A DNA stretch of 64,000 nucleotides, from assembly GCA_001797465.1 (NCBI GenBank), contig MGPQ01000005.1:95032-159031 (forward strand), written 5' to 3'. The DNA comes from Deltaproteobacteria bacterium GWB2_55_19. Its GTDB lineage: Bacteria > Desulfobacterota > GWC2-55-46. The number at the start of each line of letters is the position of its first letter. Position 1 is the first letter of the stretch. Below are positions 46,185 to 56,796 of the stretch, piece by piece. The position numbers were made by a program, and so were the translations under genes. The notes below the pieces were generated by a model that had not been told where the DNA came from, searched no databases, and saw only the letters and a list, made by a program, of their open reading frames with translations.

Positions 46185-46772
46185 TTATTTACTCAGGTAT
46201 TCTATCAGGCTGTCGAGGTCTTCATTGGAAATCTGCCATCTCGGCATCATGGTGGAAAGCTCGTTTCCCGCCGGGTCAATACCCGCGAGGACACAGCTTT
46301 TAAAGGAGGGTTCTGTAAAAGATGGGTGGGTTCTTCCATTCGCGTGGGTGTGCCCCTTCGGGTCAGTAAGGTAGCCCCATTTCAAAGGCGGCACATCCGT
46401 CATCATCATCATTTGCATGCCCTGGGCATTTGCCCCGTGGCACATCGCACACCCAACGCCCTGCATACCGTGGCTGTTTTTAATAAATTCACCTTTAGAA
46501 TTCACCCCTCTAAAAAATATCCTTTCTCCGTTCGAGGAGAATTCGGTTTTTCTGTCTATTTCTTCCATGTTCCTCATCATATCCCCCATCATGCCACCGC
46601 CTCGCATCATACCGTCCATCATACCCCTGCCTCCCATCATGCCGCTCATGCCGCGCCCCATGCCCATCGGCCCCTGGAATTGAAAGTCCCCGGCAGTATA
46701 ATAAAGAACAAGACCAGTCAGGCCTATTAAAACAAGGATTATGCCTATACAAAGCTGGATAAGCCGGCTCAT
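46185..46772 (-). CDS. Met-rich c-type cytochrome domain protein (metal-binding)
   Basis: An N-terminal TM is followed by MGMGRGMSGMMGGRGMMDGMM Met-rich repeats. A heme CxxCH motif (GCAMCHG) is present. Confidence 0.45.
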   Translation of the reverse strand: MSRLIQLCIGIILVLIGLTGLVLYYTAGDFQFQGPMGMGRGMSGMMGGRGMMDGMMRGGGMMGDMMRNMEEIDRKTEFSSNGERIFFRGVNSKGEFIKNSHGMQGVGCAMCHGANAQGMQMMMMTDVPPLKWGYLTDPKGHTHANGRTHPSFTEPSFKSCVLAGIDPAGNELSTMMPRWQISNEDLDSLIEYLSK

Positions 46773-46784
46773 GCCTCACCTCGC

Positions 46785-47003
46785 CTATTTACCGAGAATG
46801 TCCTTTTTCTTCTCATTGTACTCTTCCCTTGTTATCTCGCCTCTGGCATATCTTTCATTCAGAAGGTCAAGGGCGCTTTTTTCAACCCCCTCGCCTCCGG
46901 CCTTCCTTCCAGCAAGGGCACGGACTATGAGAAAAATCCCCAGGATGATGAGTACCCAGAAGCCAAGCCAGATAATCCAGTGATATCCGTACATGTATGG
47001 CAT
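46785..47003 (-). CDS. SHOCT-domain small membrane protein
   Basis: A TM helix is followed by the C-terminal LLNERYARGEITREEYNEKKKDIL SHOCT pattern. Confidence 0.5.
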   Translation of the reverse strand: MPYMYGYHWIIWLGFWVLIILGIFLIVRALAGRKAGGEGVEKSALDLLNERYARGEITREEYNEKKKDILGK

Positions 47004-47187
47004 ATTTTATCTCTCCATTTTCATCGGATAAAAATTCTCTTAAAAAAACCGATTGAATATACTTCTATTTTGGCGAGCGGTTTCCAAGAAAAGTATAGCA
47101 GAATAAATTTACAAGCGGTCCGTCTACAAAAACCCCGGGGTGATGAAAACATGCCTTAAAACTATTGTATCTTATAAATCGATTACT

Positions 47188-49281
47188 TTATCTTAGCAAT
47201 CTCAAGCCATTTATAATCACAAGAATCCCTCCGACCTCATTTATAAGTATTCCAGGCACAAGCCCTATCCACCCTATAAGGGCCATAGGAACCAGAAAGG
47301 CGATGACGGCAAGAGACAGGAAGATATTCTGTTTAATGTTATTCACCGCCCTCCTGCTCAAACCAAGGACATAGGGAATCTTGGAAAGTTCATCAGACAT
47401 GAGGACTACATCTCCTGTCTCTATCGCTACATCGGTTCCTGCGGCGCCCATTGCGATACCGACATCTGATGCAACCATGGCAGGGGCGTCATTTACTCCG
47501 TCGCCCACCATGCCCACAATCCCGTACTCTTTTTTAAGAGCATTTATGGCATTAACCTTTTCTTCCGGCAGAAGCTCTGCCATATACTTATCGACCCCTG
47601 CTTCTTTCGATATGGCGCTTGCAACCTGTTCATTATCGCCAGTCAACATTATTACGGTCTTGATTCCAAAGTCTTTCAGCTTCTTCAAGGTCTCCTTTGC
47701 CTCAGGCCTGAGTTCGTCTCTGACGGCGATGATCCCCATCAGACACTTATCTCCGATCAAGACTATGACCGTCTTACCCTGCCTCTCAAGATTCCTTATC
47801 TTTTCCTCAGCATCCGGCGTAAGGACTTCAAGCCTTGCACAGAGGTTTAAGCTTCCTATGCAGTAGGTTTCAGCATTTATAATTGCCTTTGCCCCCATAC
47901 CGGGGATCGCTTCGAACCAGTCCAATTCGCTGGCAGAGACGCCTTTCTCTTTTGCCTTTTTCATAATTGCGTCGGCAAGAACATGTTCTGAACGGCTCTC
48001 GATGGAAGATGCGATTCTCAGGACCGATTCGTCAGTCAGTTCCCCAAAAGTTATAACATCAGTTACGAGAGGTCTGCCCAAGGTCAACGAGCCTGTCTTA
48101 TCAAAGGCTATGGCTTTCAGATGAGATGCGGCTTCCAGATGCGTTCCTCCCTTTATCAGAACGCCGTGTCTTGCGGCATTAGCCACAGCCGCCACGACTG
48201 ATACGGGTATTGAAAGGGCTATGCCGCATGAGCAGGATACGACGAGCACAACAAGCCCCCTGTAGAACCATTCGCTGAATCCGCCGAAGAAGACAGTCGG
48301 CATGATTATTACCATAAGAGCGAGGGCAAACATCGAAGGGGTGTAGTATCTCCCGAAAGTCTCCCCGAACCTCTGGTAGCTCGATTTTCTGGTCTCCGCC
48401 TCTTCGACATAGTGGATTATCTTTCCCAGTGTCGTATCCTCAAAAGGTCTTGTCACCAAAACATCAATGGTTCCCCTCTGATTTATGGTTCCGGCGAAGA
48501 CTTCATCACCGGGCCCCTTTGAAACCGGAATGGACTCTCCCGTTATAGAAGCCTGGTCCAACGATGATGTGCCTTTTACGACCCTACCGTCCAGAGGTAA
48601 TTTTTCACCCGGCTTGATGATGATAGTATCCCCGACCTTCACTTCCTCGACTTTAATGACGAGTTCTTCGCCATTCTTCCTTACGAGGGCTTCTTTTGGG
48701 GCGAGTTCCATTAGCGCTCTTACCGCGCCTCTTACCCTGTCGGAGGCATAGGCCTCAAGGACGTCACCAAGTGAATAGATAAGTACAAGGAGAGCCGCTT
48801 CCTCCCAGAGCCCGAGCCCTATTGCGCCAATTGCCCCTGCCACCATCAGAGTCCTTATATTCGGTCTCAGGGTCTTCAGGGCGGCAAGGCCCATCTTCGC
48901 AGGATAATATCCGCCTATAATGGTAGCGATACCATACAGGAAACTTGCGTTCCTGTGCGAGATGCCGAATACATGCTCGGACAAAAAGGCAATCAAGATA
49001 GAAAATCCGCAGGCCGAAAGGGTCAGGATTCTGGGCTCCTTCCACCATACGGAAGCCTTTCTAACCTCTTCCTTCTTTCTGGCCTTCAACCCTGTTCCGG
49101 CTATGGCCTTTATGATATTCTGCTCCGATGTAAGAGCATCATCGTAATCGGCCTTCAGGGTTCTGGCCATAATGTTGATCTCTAAAGAGGATATTCCTTT
49201 AAGCCCTTCCATCGCAGACCTGATGAGCTTGGCCTCATCCTCGCAGTCGAGACCTTCTATATATAAAGTCATCTTAACCAT
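47188..49281 (-). CDS. heavy-metal translocating P1B-type ATPase (atypical metal-binding motifs)
   Basis: The P-type core is present: phosphorylation site FDKTGSLT (variant of DKTGTLT), GDGVNDAPAM, an HMA-like N-domain lacking CxxC, and a TM6 motif SCSC instead of CPC. Confidence 0.8.
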   Translation of the reverse strand: MVKMTLYIEGLDCEDEAKLIRSAMEGLKGISSLEINIMARTLKADYDDALTSEQNIIKAIAGTGLKARKKEEVRKASVWWKEPRILTLSACGFSILIAFLSEHVFGISHRNASFLYGIATIIGGYYPAKMGLAALKTLRPNIRTLMVAGAIGAIGLGLWEEAALLVLIYSLGDVLEAYASDRVRGAVRALMELAPKEALVRKNGEELVIKVEEVKVGDTIIIKPGEKLPLDGRVVKGTSSLDQASITGESIPVSKGPGDEVFAGTINQRGTIDVLVTRPFEDTTLGKIIHYVEEAETRKSSYQRFGETFGRYYTPSMFALALMVIIMPTVFFGGFSEWFYRGLVVLVVSCSCGIALSIPVSVVAAVANAARHGVLIKGGTHLEAASHLKAIAFDKTGSLTLGRPLVTDVITFGELTDESVLRIASSIESRSEHVLADAIMKKAKEKGVSASELDWFEAIPGMGAKAIINAETYCIGSLNLCARLEVLTPDAEEKIRNLERQGKTVIVLIGDKCLMGIIAVRDELRPEAKETLKKLKDFGIKTVIMLTGDNEQVASAISKEAGVDKYMAELLPEEKVNAINALKKEYGIVGMVGDGVNDAPAMVASDVGIAMGAAGTDVAIETGDVVLMSDELSKIPYVLGLSRRAVNNIKQNIFLSLAVIAFLVPMALIGWIGLVPGILINEVGGILVIINGLRLLR

Positions 49282-49515
49282 TTTACCCTCTTACCTAAAT
49301 TAATACCTTTTACAAAGATACGAATCCAATCCTGCCCGTCCTAAAAAAGACTTGACGGATGATATTGAATTTGATATTCAATATCATCATATATAAAACT
49401 TAACCTAAATAGATTCACCTTTTAAAAAAAATTATCTATAACGTCTCAATTTAAGTAAAGTTACGCACAGTCCATCCGATGATATTCTGTCTGAATACGG
49501 GAAAGGAGGCTGACC

Positions 49516-50322
49516 ATGTCACGTTTCAAGTATGTTCTATTTTCTGTCTTGATGTCTACGTTGCTTGTGTTCAATGCCGCTCAAGGGGCAAACAAAATCC
49601 AGGATAACTCGTTTCTGTTAGAAGAAGCCTACAATCAGGAAGACGGGGTTATCCAGCATATTTTTGCCTATCAGTATTTGAAAAATGCCAAGACATGGGG
49701 TTTGACATTCACACAGGAATGGCCGGTGCCCACCCAGACGCACCAGCTTTCCTACACGATCCCGTTCAACAGGGTCGATGACCCGGCATGGAAATCAGGG
49801 CTTGGCGACATAGCCTTGAACTACCGCTACCAGCTGGTATTCAAGGACAACCTGGCGATAGCACCGCGCATCTCGCTGATACTGCCTACAGGCGATTACA
49901 AAAAAGGACTCGGCACAGGCGCGGTGGGCTACCAGGCGAACCTGCCTGTGAGCGTCGATATTTCGGATAAATGGGTCATGCACTGGAATCTCGGAGCGAC
50001 TTATACTCCGGACAGCAAGGAACCCGGCGGGGCAAAGTCCGATACGGTAGGGACAAACTTCGGGGCAAGCGCCATCTACAGCATCACACAGAAATTCAAT
50101 TTCATGCTCGAGGCCGTATGGAATTCAACAGAAGCGGTCCAGGCTGACGCCTCCAAGGTCCGTGAAGACAGCTTCTTCATAAATCCAGGGTTCCGCGGCG
50201 CCATTGACTTCGCCTCAGGGCTGCAGGTCGTGCCTGGCATCTCATTCCCTTACGGCATAGGCCCTTCAAAAGGAGAATACGGCGCCCTCCTCTACCTTTC
50301 TTTCGAGCACCCTCTTTTCTAA
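49516..50322 (+). CDS. outer-membrane beta-barrel protein (MetA-pathway/transporter-like family)
   Basis: It has a signal peptide, alternating beta-strand pattern, and a C-terminal ..SFEHPLF ending in Phe. Confidence 0.4.
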   Translation: MSRFKYVLFSVLMSTLLVFNAAQGANKIQDNSFLLEEAYNQEDGVIQHIFAYQYLKNAKTWGLTFTQEWPVPTQTHQLSYTIPFNRVDDPAWKSGLGDIALNYRYQLVFKDNLAIAPRISLILPTGDYKKGLGTGAVGYQANLPVSVDISDKWVMHWNLGATYTPDSKEPGGAKSDTVGTNFGASAIYSITQKFNFMLEAVWNSTEAVQADASKVREDSFFINPGFRGAIDFASGLQVVPGISFPYGIGPSKGEYGALLYLSFEHPLF

Positions 50323-50376
50323 ACAGGCTCTGTTCTCAGCCCCCGTGCAAGGAGGGCTGAGAACAGCTGTTTGCTT
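50322..50376. terminator. bidirectional terminator hairpin between convergent genes
   Basis: A 13-bp stem CTGTTCTCAGCCC/GGGCTGAGAACAG is present. Confidence 0.45.
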
Positions 50377-50925
50377 CTACTCGCTTAAATGATTGCCCAC
50401 CTCAAAATTAGCGTCGAAGCCTATCACACCCTCCCTAAAACCCTTGGGACGGGCAAACTTACGAGGACCGTAAACCGGGTCGAATATGACCGTGTATACA
50501 CTGCCTCCGGCAAGCTCCCTCTTTGTAAACGCATGGCCGTCTTCCGATGCCAGAGCTATCTTATAGCTTCCGGGTTTGAGCCTGAAACGCTTGGCGAGCG
50601 CGTAGTGCGTCCCTTCTCCCCTCTCCTCAACGATATTAGACTCCGTTTCCTTAACGCCTTTTACCGTTTCTTTTACTTCCCTTCCGTCTACTTTCACGGT
50701 AAAAGTATACGGCTCTTCGGTCAGCCTCTTCTTTACATGCGCAATGACGACGAGATCGGTTTCTTCCTGAGACGGCGAGGTTATGTCTAAAGCCACGTCC
50801 TTAACCTCTACAGGGGCTAAAGCCTCCTCCGGGACATGCTTGTAGCACCCGGTAAAAACTGCGGCAACGGCCAACATGCCTAAAATTGACATTATCCTTT
50901 TCATTTTATAGAGCCTCCTCTCCAT
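50377..50925 (-). CDS. lipoprotein, unknown function
   Basis: The lipobox is FTGC. Confidence 0.4.
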   Translation of the reverse strand: MERRLYKMKRIMSILGMLAVAAVFTGCYKHVPEEALAPVEVKDVALDITSPSQEETDLVVIAHVKKRLTEEPYTFTVKVDGREVKETVKGVKETESNIVEERGEGTHYALAKRFRLKPGSYKIALASEDGHAFTKRELAGGSVYTVIFDPVYGPRKFARPKGFREGVIGFDANFEVGNHLSE

Positions 50926-51250
50926 GTTGAAATGTTTTTATTCTTACCGCCTTTTCTATATCGTAGACAAAGACCTTGCCGTCCCCGGGGTTTCCGGTGT
51001 GCGCGGCCTTCGCTATAGTCTCGACGACCAGGTCAACCATCTCGTCGTTGATCATTATCTCTATCCTCACCTTCGGGATATAATCGATAAGGTCCTCGAC
51101 GACCCGATGGGGGCCTTCTTTCCCCTTTTCCTTCCCGAACCCCCTGCAGTCAGATACCGTCATGCCTGGAAAACCCGGAATCTCCTGCAAAGCCCTGGTC
51201 ACGGAGGACAGCTTGAACTGCTGTATTATCGCCTTGACTTCCTTCATCAC
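50906..51250 (-). CDS. P-II (GlnB-like) family protein
   Basis: A 114-aa protein. MKEVKAIIQ...FPGMTVSDCRGFGKEKG shows a P-II fold pattern. Confidence 0.55.
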   Translation of the reverse strand: MMKEVKAIIQQFKLSSVTRALQEIPGFPGMTVSDCRGFGKEKGKEGPHRVVEDLIDYIPKVRIEIMINDEMVDLVVETIAKAAHTGNPGDGKVFVYDIEKAVRIKTFQHGEEAL

Positions 51251-51288
51251 ACTCCTCCTTGTTCAATAAATTGTTGAGCTAACAGCAG

Positions 51289-52347
51289 TCAGTGTTCATG
51301 TCTGTGGCACTCATCAGGCCAATGAACATGAATATGACTTACTTCATCATGGACATGTTCATGGGCATGCGGCTCATTAATGACTTTAAAATGTTCATGC
51401 AGATGATGCATGTCATCATGAACATGCAAATGATTATGTATTACCGGTTCATGATCGTGCAGATGAAAGTGTCCGCCGCGATTTATCAGCAGCCATAAGC
51501 CGCCTGCCATGAACGCCGTTGCAGGTAATATCACCCATCCAATCCGTTCCCCGAGTATGATGACCGATGCTATCACCCCGATATAAGGTGCAAAGCTGAA
51601 GAATACCCCTGTTCTGAAGGAACCCAGTCCTTTAAGAGCCTTGATGAAGAATACCATGCTGATGCCGTAGCTAAACGCGCCCAGCAACAGGGCAAATACG
51701 AGAGTAACGCCCAGCGGTATCTCCACTCCAAGTATCAGGGCTGCCGAAATGGAAAATGTCCCCGCGACCAAGCCTTTGATCCGGGCTATTTGCACTGGGT
51801 CTTTATCCGCAATTTTACCGGTCAGATTATTGTCCATCCCCCAGCACGCCATTGCTAGGGCGATTAATGACGGGCCAGCGATATTGAACTCCCCCAGGTC
51901 AGGCTGCCATGTTAAAAACATGCCCGCCAATGTCATACACGCCAAAGCGGACCACAAGCGCCTTCCCGCAGACTCCTTGAAAAGAAAAACGGCGATGACG
52001 GCTGTCGCGATCCCTTCCAGATTAAGCAGTAATGACGCGGCCATGCCTGAAACGAAGGTCAAACCCTTTATCAGGCTTATTGGCGCTATTATCCCGCCAG
52101 TAAGTATTGAACCGGCAAGCCATGGCAGGTCTTTTTTTCCCAGCGGCTCCGCAATTTTTTCAGGTTCAATCCTTTTCCCAGCGGAATACAGAGAAAGACC
52201 TATAAACGCACCCAGATAGAGGACTCCCGCCAAGACCAGCGGCGGCATTCCCCCGACAAGCAGCTTGGCAAGAGGCGGGCTGATGCCGAATAAGAAGGCG
52301 GATATCGCTATGTATAACAACGGTGTTTTCAGCGCAAGACCTTTCAT
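51289..52347 (-). CDS. DMT/EamA-like transporter with His-rich C-terminal tail
   Basis: It has about 10 TM helices. The C-terminal tail is HDHEPVIHNHLHVHDDMHHLHEHF...HAHEHVHDEVSHIHVH. Confidence 0.5.
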   Translation of the reverse strand: MKGLALKTPLLYIAISAFLFGISPPLAKLLVGGMPPLVLAGVLYLGAFIGLSLYSAGKRIEPEKIAEPLGKKDLPWLAGSILTGGIIAPISLIKGLTFVSGMAASLLLNLEGIATAVIAVFLFKESAGRRLWSALACMTLAGMFLTWQPDLGEFNIAGPSLIALAMACWGMDNNLTGKIADKDPVQIARIKGLVAGTFSISAALILGVEIPLGVTLVFALLLGAFSYGISMVFFIKALKGLGSFRTGVFFSFAPYIGVIASVIILGERIGWVILPATAFMAGGLWLLINRGGHFHLHDHEPVIHNHLHVHDDMHHLHEHFKVINEPHAHEHVHDEVSHIHVHWPDECHRHEH

Positions 52348-52419
52348 AACGGCAATTCCCTGTCTATTATTTCAAAGCCCTGTGAATAGCCTTGTACTTA
52401 TCCGAAACATGTGGCAGCC

Positions 52420-55400
52420 CTAAAACTCCACCTTCTTCTCCTCAAACCACCTGTAAAGCGTCGGGAGCACCAGGAGCGTCAATATGGTCGATGTAATAAG
52501 CCCGCCCACGACCACAGTCGCGAGCGGCTTTTGTATCTCCGAGCCGGGGCCTGTGGCGAAGAGCATGGGAATTAGGCCGAGGATGGCCACGAGCGCGGTC
52601 ATAAGGACAGGCCTGAGCCTCCTTTCGCACCCTGTTGAAATGGCCTCTTCAAGGCCGAGACCTTCCTCACGAAGCTTGTTTATGTAAGATACGAGCACTA
52701 CGCCGTTCAAGACAGCCACACCGAAAAGCGCGATAAATCCGACCGAAGCCGGCACGCTCAGGTACTGGCCAGAAATCAGGAGCCCGAAAATCCCGCCTAT
52801 GAGCGCGAAGGGGAGGTTCATGATTATAAGGGCCGCGTACTTCAGCGAATTGAAGGCGGAGAAAAGCAGGAAAAATATGAGCGCTATCGTCAGAGGCACG
52901 ATTATTGAAAGCCTCTTCATGGCTCTCTGCTGGTTCTCAAAGGCCCCGCCCCATGCGATGTAGTACCCGGATGGCAGTTTCACTTCTCTGGCGATCACTT
53001 CCTCCGCCTCTTTTACGAAACCTCCTATATCCCTGCCCTCAACGTTTGACTCAATGACGATCCTCCTTTTGGAGTTCTCCCTGCTTATCTGAACGGGACC
53101 CTCTGACATATATACCCGCGCGAGCATCGAGAGCGGGATGTTGGCGCCGTTTGAGGCATTCACAAAGATATTTCCAATCGCCTCAACGGAGTTCCTTTTT
53201 CCCTCCGGGAAACGGAGGAGGACGGAGAACCTTTTGTCTCCCTCAAAGACGTCCGTTGCCACCTTACCCCCGATCGCCGTCTCTATGATCTCCTGGATAT
53301 CGGCTATGTTGATGCCGTATCGGGCGATCTTGCGCCTGTCTATGTCGACCGTTATATAAGGCTGGCCTGCCGTCTGCTCCACCCTCAGATCGGTTACGCC
53401 TTTTACCGAAGACATTGCCTTTGCGATGCTATCCGCCTTTTCATTCAGGACGTCCATATCGTCGCCGAACAACTTCACGGCAACCTGTGATTTCACGCCT
53501 GAGATGAGCTCATCGACCTTAAGCGCGATCGGCTGGGTAATGTTAAGGCCAATTCCGGGTATCTTTTCGAGCTCTTCCCTTATCTTTTCTACAAGTTCTT
53601 CTCTTGTCGAAGCACTCGTCCATTCATCTCTCGGCTTGAGGATTATTATGGGGTCGCTTATATTGGGGCCCATCGGATCGGTGGCTATCTCCGCCGCTCC
53701 TATCTTTGAGACGACCGTCACTACCTCAGGAAACTTCAAAAGGGCCTGCTGGACCTTGTTTTCTATCTCGACCGATTCGGGAAGCGAGATGCTCGGGAGC
53801 CTTATGACCTGAGTGGTTAAGGAGCCTTCATCGAGTGTCGGCATAAACTCGGTGCCGAGAAGAGGGAAAATAGCAAGGCTCGCGATGAGCATCGCTACCG
53901 CGCCAGCCAGCACGACAAACTTTTTTCTCAATGCCCAGCCTAGAACCGGCATATAGAACCTTTTAATCCATCTTACGATAAAGACATCTTCCTCCTGCCC
54001 GCCTTTTAAAAACAGCGAGGCAAGCACCGGGGAAAGGGTCAATGAGAGAATCAGCGAGACAAAAAGAGCTATGCTTATGGTATATGCCATCGGGCTGAAC
54101 ATCTTTCCTTCCATGCCCTCAAGGGTAAAGAGCGGCAGGAAGACGATAATGATTATTACTATGCCGAAGGTTATCGGCCTTCCCACCTCTTTTGCAGATT
54201 CAAGGATCTTATGGAGGCGCCCTTCTTTATGGTGCTCTTTTTCAGAAAGGTGCCTGAAGATATTCTCGATCATTACGACCGAACCATCCACCATCATGCC
54301 TATGGCTATGGCCAACCCCCCGAGGGACATGAGGTTTGCGGACATGCCCATCCACTGCATGGCTATAAATGTAGTGAGAGCGGCTACAGGCAGCGTTGCC
54401 GCCACTATCAGGGCGCTTCTTATATTGCCCAGGAAGAGGAAGAGGATGACAACCACAAGGATCCCGCCCTCTTCGAGAGCCTTTGTAATAGTGCCGATGC
54501 AGGCGTTTACAAGTTCGGTCCTGTCATAAAAGGGCTTTATCTTTACTCCGTCAGGCAGGATGTTGCCGGCGTTGATCTCCTCGACCTTTTTCTTTACCCC
54601 CGCAACGACCTCCTTGCCGCTTCCGCCCTTTATCATCATCACTATACCGGCGACGGCCTCGCCCTTCCCGTCCTTCACGATCGCGCCGTGCCTTGTCTCA
54701 GGGCCGAAAGTTATGCTTGCGACGTCTTTAACATAAACGGGCGTCCCGCCATACGACTTGATAACGATGTCTTCTATGTCCTTTAACGACTGGACCAGGC
54801 CGACGCCCCTTATGATATAACGCTCGGAGGCGTGTTCGAGTATGTCGCCGCCCGCGTTTGAGTTGTTTTCCGCGACCGCTTCGAACACCTCATTGAGCGT
54901 AAGGTTGAATTTGCGCAGTCTGTCCGGCTCGATCAGCACCTGGTACTGTTTGACATGGCCGCCGAAGGCGTTTACGTCCGTGACCCCTGAGACTGTCTTT
55001 AGTATAGGCCGTACGATCCAGTCCTGGATCGTCCTTAACTCCATCAGCCCGGCGATATCGTTTTTCGAGCCCTCAGGCCTCTCAAGGGTATACTGGTATA
55101 TCTCGCCGAGTCCTGTTGAAACTGGACCCATTACGGGTTCTACCCCTGCCGGCAGCTTTTCCTTGGCTTCAATAAGCCGTTCCAATATCAACTGCCTGGC
55201 GAAATAGATGTCAACATCGTCCTCAAAGACGACCGTCACCATCGACAGGCCGAACTTGGAAAGAGACCTCAACTCCTCCATCTTCGGGAGCCCCGTCATC
55301 TGCACCTCTACCGGATAGGTGATGAGCTTTTCCACCTCAACAGGGGAGCGCCCCGGGGCCTCCGTTATTATCTGGACCTGAACGTTCGTGACGTCCGGAA

Positions 55401-55515
55401 AGGCATCTATCGGAAGCTTATTAAAAGCATAGACCCCGGCGCCGACCAGCAGAAAAACCCCGATTATAACTAAAAGCCTCTGCTTTAAAGCAAAGGCAAT
55501 AAGCCTCTCTATCAT
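52420..55515 (-). CDS. CusA/CzcA-family heavy-metal efflux RND transporter
   Basis: A 1031-aa protein with 12 TM helices and large periplasmic loops, typical of the HME-RND family. Confidence 0.9.
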   Translation of the reverse strand: MIERLIAFALKQRLLVIIGVFLLVGAGVYAFNKLPIDAFPDVTNVQVQIITEAPGRSPVEVEKLITYPVEVQMTGLPKMEELRSLSKFGLSMVTVVFEDDVDIYFARQLILERLIEAKEKLPAGVEPVMGPVSTGLGEIYQYTLERPEGSKNDIAGLMELRTIQDWIVRPILKTVSGVTDVNAFGGHVKQYQVLIEPDRLRKFNLTLNEVFEAVAENNSNAGGDILEHASERYIIRGVGLVQSLKDIEDIVIKSYGGTPVYVKDVASITFGPETRHGAIVKDGKGEAVAGIVMMIKGGSGKEVVAGVKKKVEEINAGNILPDGVKIKPFYDRTELVNACIGTITKALEEGGILVVVILFLFLGNIRSALIVAATLPVAALTTFIAMQWMGMSANLMSLGGLAIAIGMMVDGSVVMIENIFRHLSEKEHHKEGRLHKILESAKEVGRPITFGIVIIIIVFLPLFTLEGMEGKMFSPMAYTISIALFVSLILSLTLSPVLASLFLKGGQEEDVFIVRWIKRFYMPVLGWALRKKFVVLAGAVAMLIASLAIFPLLGTEFMPTLDEGSLTTQVIRLPSISLPESVEIENKVQQALLKFPEVVTVVSKIGAAEIATDPMGPNISDPIIILKPRDEWTSASTREELVEKIREELEKIPGIGLNITQPIALKVDELISGVKSQVAVKLFGDDMDVLNEKADSIAKAMSSVKGVTDLRVEQTAGQPYITVDIDRRKIARYGINIADIQEIIETAIGGKVATDVFEGDKRFSVLLRFPEGKRNSVEAIGNIFVNASNGANIPLSMLARVYMSEGPVQISRENSKRRIVIESNVEGRDIGGFVKEAEEVIAREVKLPSGYYIAWGGAFENQQRAMKRLSIIVPLTIALIFFLLFSAFNSLKYAALIIMNLPFALIGGIFGLLISGQYLSVPASVGFIALFGVAVLNGVVLVSYINKLREEGLGLEEAISTGCERRLRPVLMTALVAILGLIPMLFATGPGSEIQKPLATVVVGGLITSTILTLLVLPTLYRWFEEKKVEF

Positions 55516-55567
55516 TAAACTGCTCCTCCGATTTCAATTACGGATTTCGGGCATACCCCTGCGCCCG

Positions 55568-56782
55568 TCAATGCCCGTGACCTTCCATCTCTCCCTTTTG
55601 CCCTTCGGATTTCAAGGTGAAAGCGCCTTTCACGACTACCCTCTCACCTTCATTGAGGCCTGAAAGTATCCTGTGGAAGCCATTGAACCTGGGGCCCACC
55701 TCCACAACACGCTTTTCAAACTCGTGCTCATCGATTGCCACGAATACGATAGATTTATCGCCATCGCGCTGCAGAGCGCTTTCAGGCACCGCGAGCGCCT
55801 TTTCCTTTTCAGAGGTCGATATCCTGACGGTCGCGAACATCTCTGGCTTAAGCGCGCCTTTTGCGTTATCGACCTCAGCCCTGACCTTTACGCCCCTTGT
55901 CTCAGGGTCGATCACCTCGGATATGTAGCTGAGCTTTCCCTTGAAAACTTTTTCAGGGTAGGCTGATGCAACTATCGCAACGGACTGTCCCTTTTTTACC
56001 TTGGGGACATCGGCCTCAGGAACGTCTGCGATGACCCAGAGATTAGAGAGGTTCGCCACCGTAAAAAGAGGCTTTATTGGCTCCACTACCTCGCCGAGCG
56101 TAAGATGCCTTTCTATGACCGCGCCTGAGATCGGCGAATATATGGCGACCCTCGAATTGATGGTATGTTCCTTGCCTATCGCTGACAATTCCTTTTCAGT
56201 CATCCCAAGCAGATGAAGCTTGTCTTCCGCCGCCTTCAATTCCGTTTTCGCCGAAAGGTACTCACCCTCGCGCCTCTGGAATTCACCTGTTGATATGACC
56301 TTGCCCTCAAGGACTATCTTTGCCCGCTCGAATGACTTCTCCGCTATCTCGTAGGCCGTTTTTGCCTTGAGGTACTGGCTCTGCGCCTCTCCAAGCTCGG
56401 GACTGTCGATTATCGCGAGCGGCTGTCCCTTTTTCACATAGTCACCGGCATTCGCGAACACCTCGACCGCCCTCCCAGGTATCCTCGGGCCGACATGGGC
56501 AAGCGCTGTCTCATTCACGGATACCTTTCCGGTAAAGGAATACTCCACACTGACGGGCCTCAAGGAGAGTGCCTCGGTTTTTATGCCAGCGCTCTCAACA
56601 GCTTCGGGGCTCAGGGCTATGACACCTGGACGCTCGCCTTCATGCTTGCCAGCTTCCTCGGCATGGCTATCCCCTTGCCCGGCTTCCTTTTTCGGTTCCT
56701 CTGATTTTCCGCATCCTAAAAAGAAAACCAAAGCGAACAGGACAAATAAAGTTTTCCTGAAAACCATTAAAATCTCCTCCAT
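55568..56782 (-). CDS. efflux RND periplasmic adaptor (CusB/CzcB-like), lipoprotein
   Basis: It has the lipobox FLGCG and membrane-fusion-protein beta-barrel/lipoyl pattern. His/Met-rich ends are present. The start is possibly at M6. Confidence 0.85.
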   Translation of the reverse strand: MEEILMVFRKTLFVLFALVFFLGCGKSEEPKKEAGQGDSHAEEAGKHEGERPGVIALSPEAVESAGIKTEALSLRPVSVEYSFTGKVSVNETALAHVGPRIPGRAVEVFANAGDYVKKGQPLAIIDSPELGEAQSQYLKAKTAYEIAEKSFERAKIVLEGKVISTGEFQRREGEYLSAKTELKAAEDKLHLLGMTEKELSAIGKEHTINSRVAIYSPISGAVIERHLTLGEVVEPIKPLFTVANLSNLWVIADVPEADVPKVKKGQSVAIVASAYPEKVFKGKLSYISEVIDPETRGVKVRAEVDNAKGALKPEMFATVRISTSEKEKALAVPESALQRDGDKSIVFVAIDEHEFEKRVVEVGPRFNGFHRILSGLNEGERVVVKGAFTLKSEGQKGEMEGHGH

Positions 56783-56796
56783 ACTTTCATTTCGTT

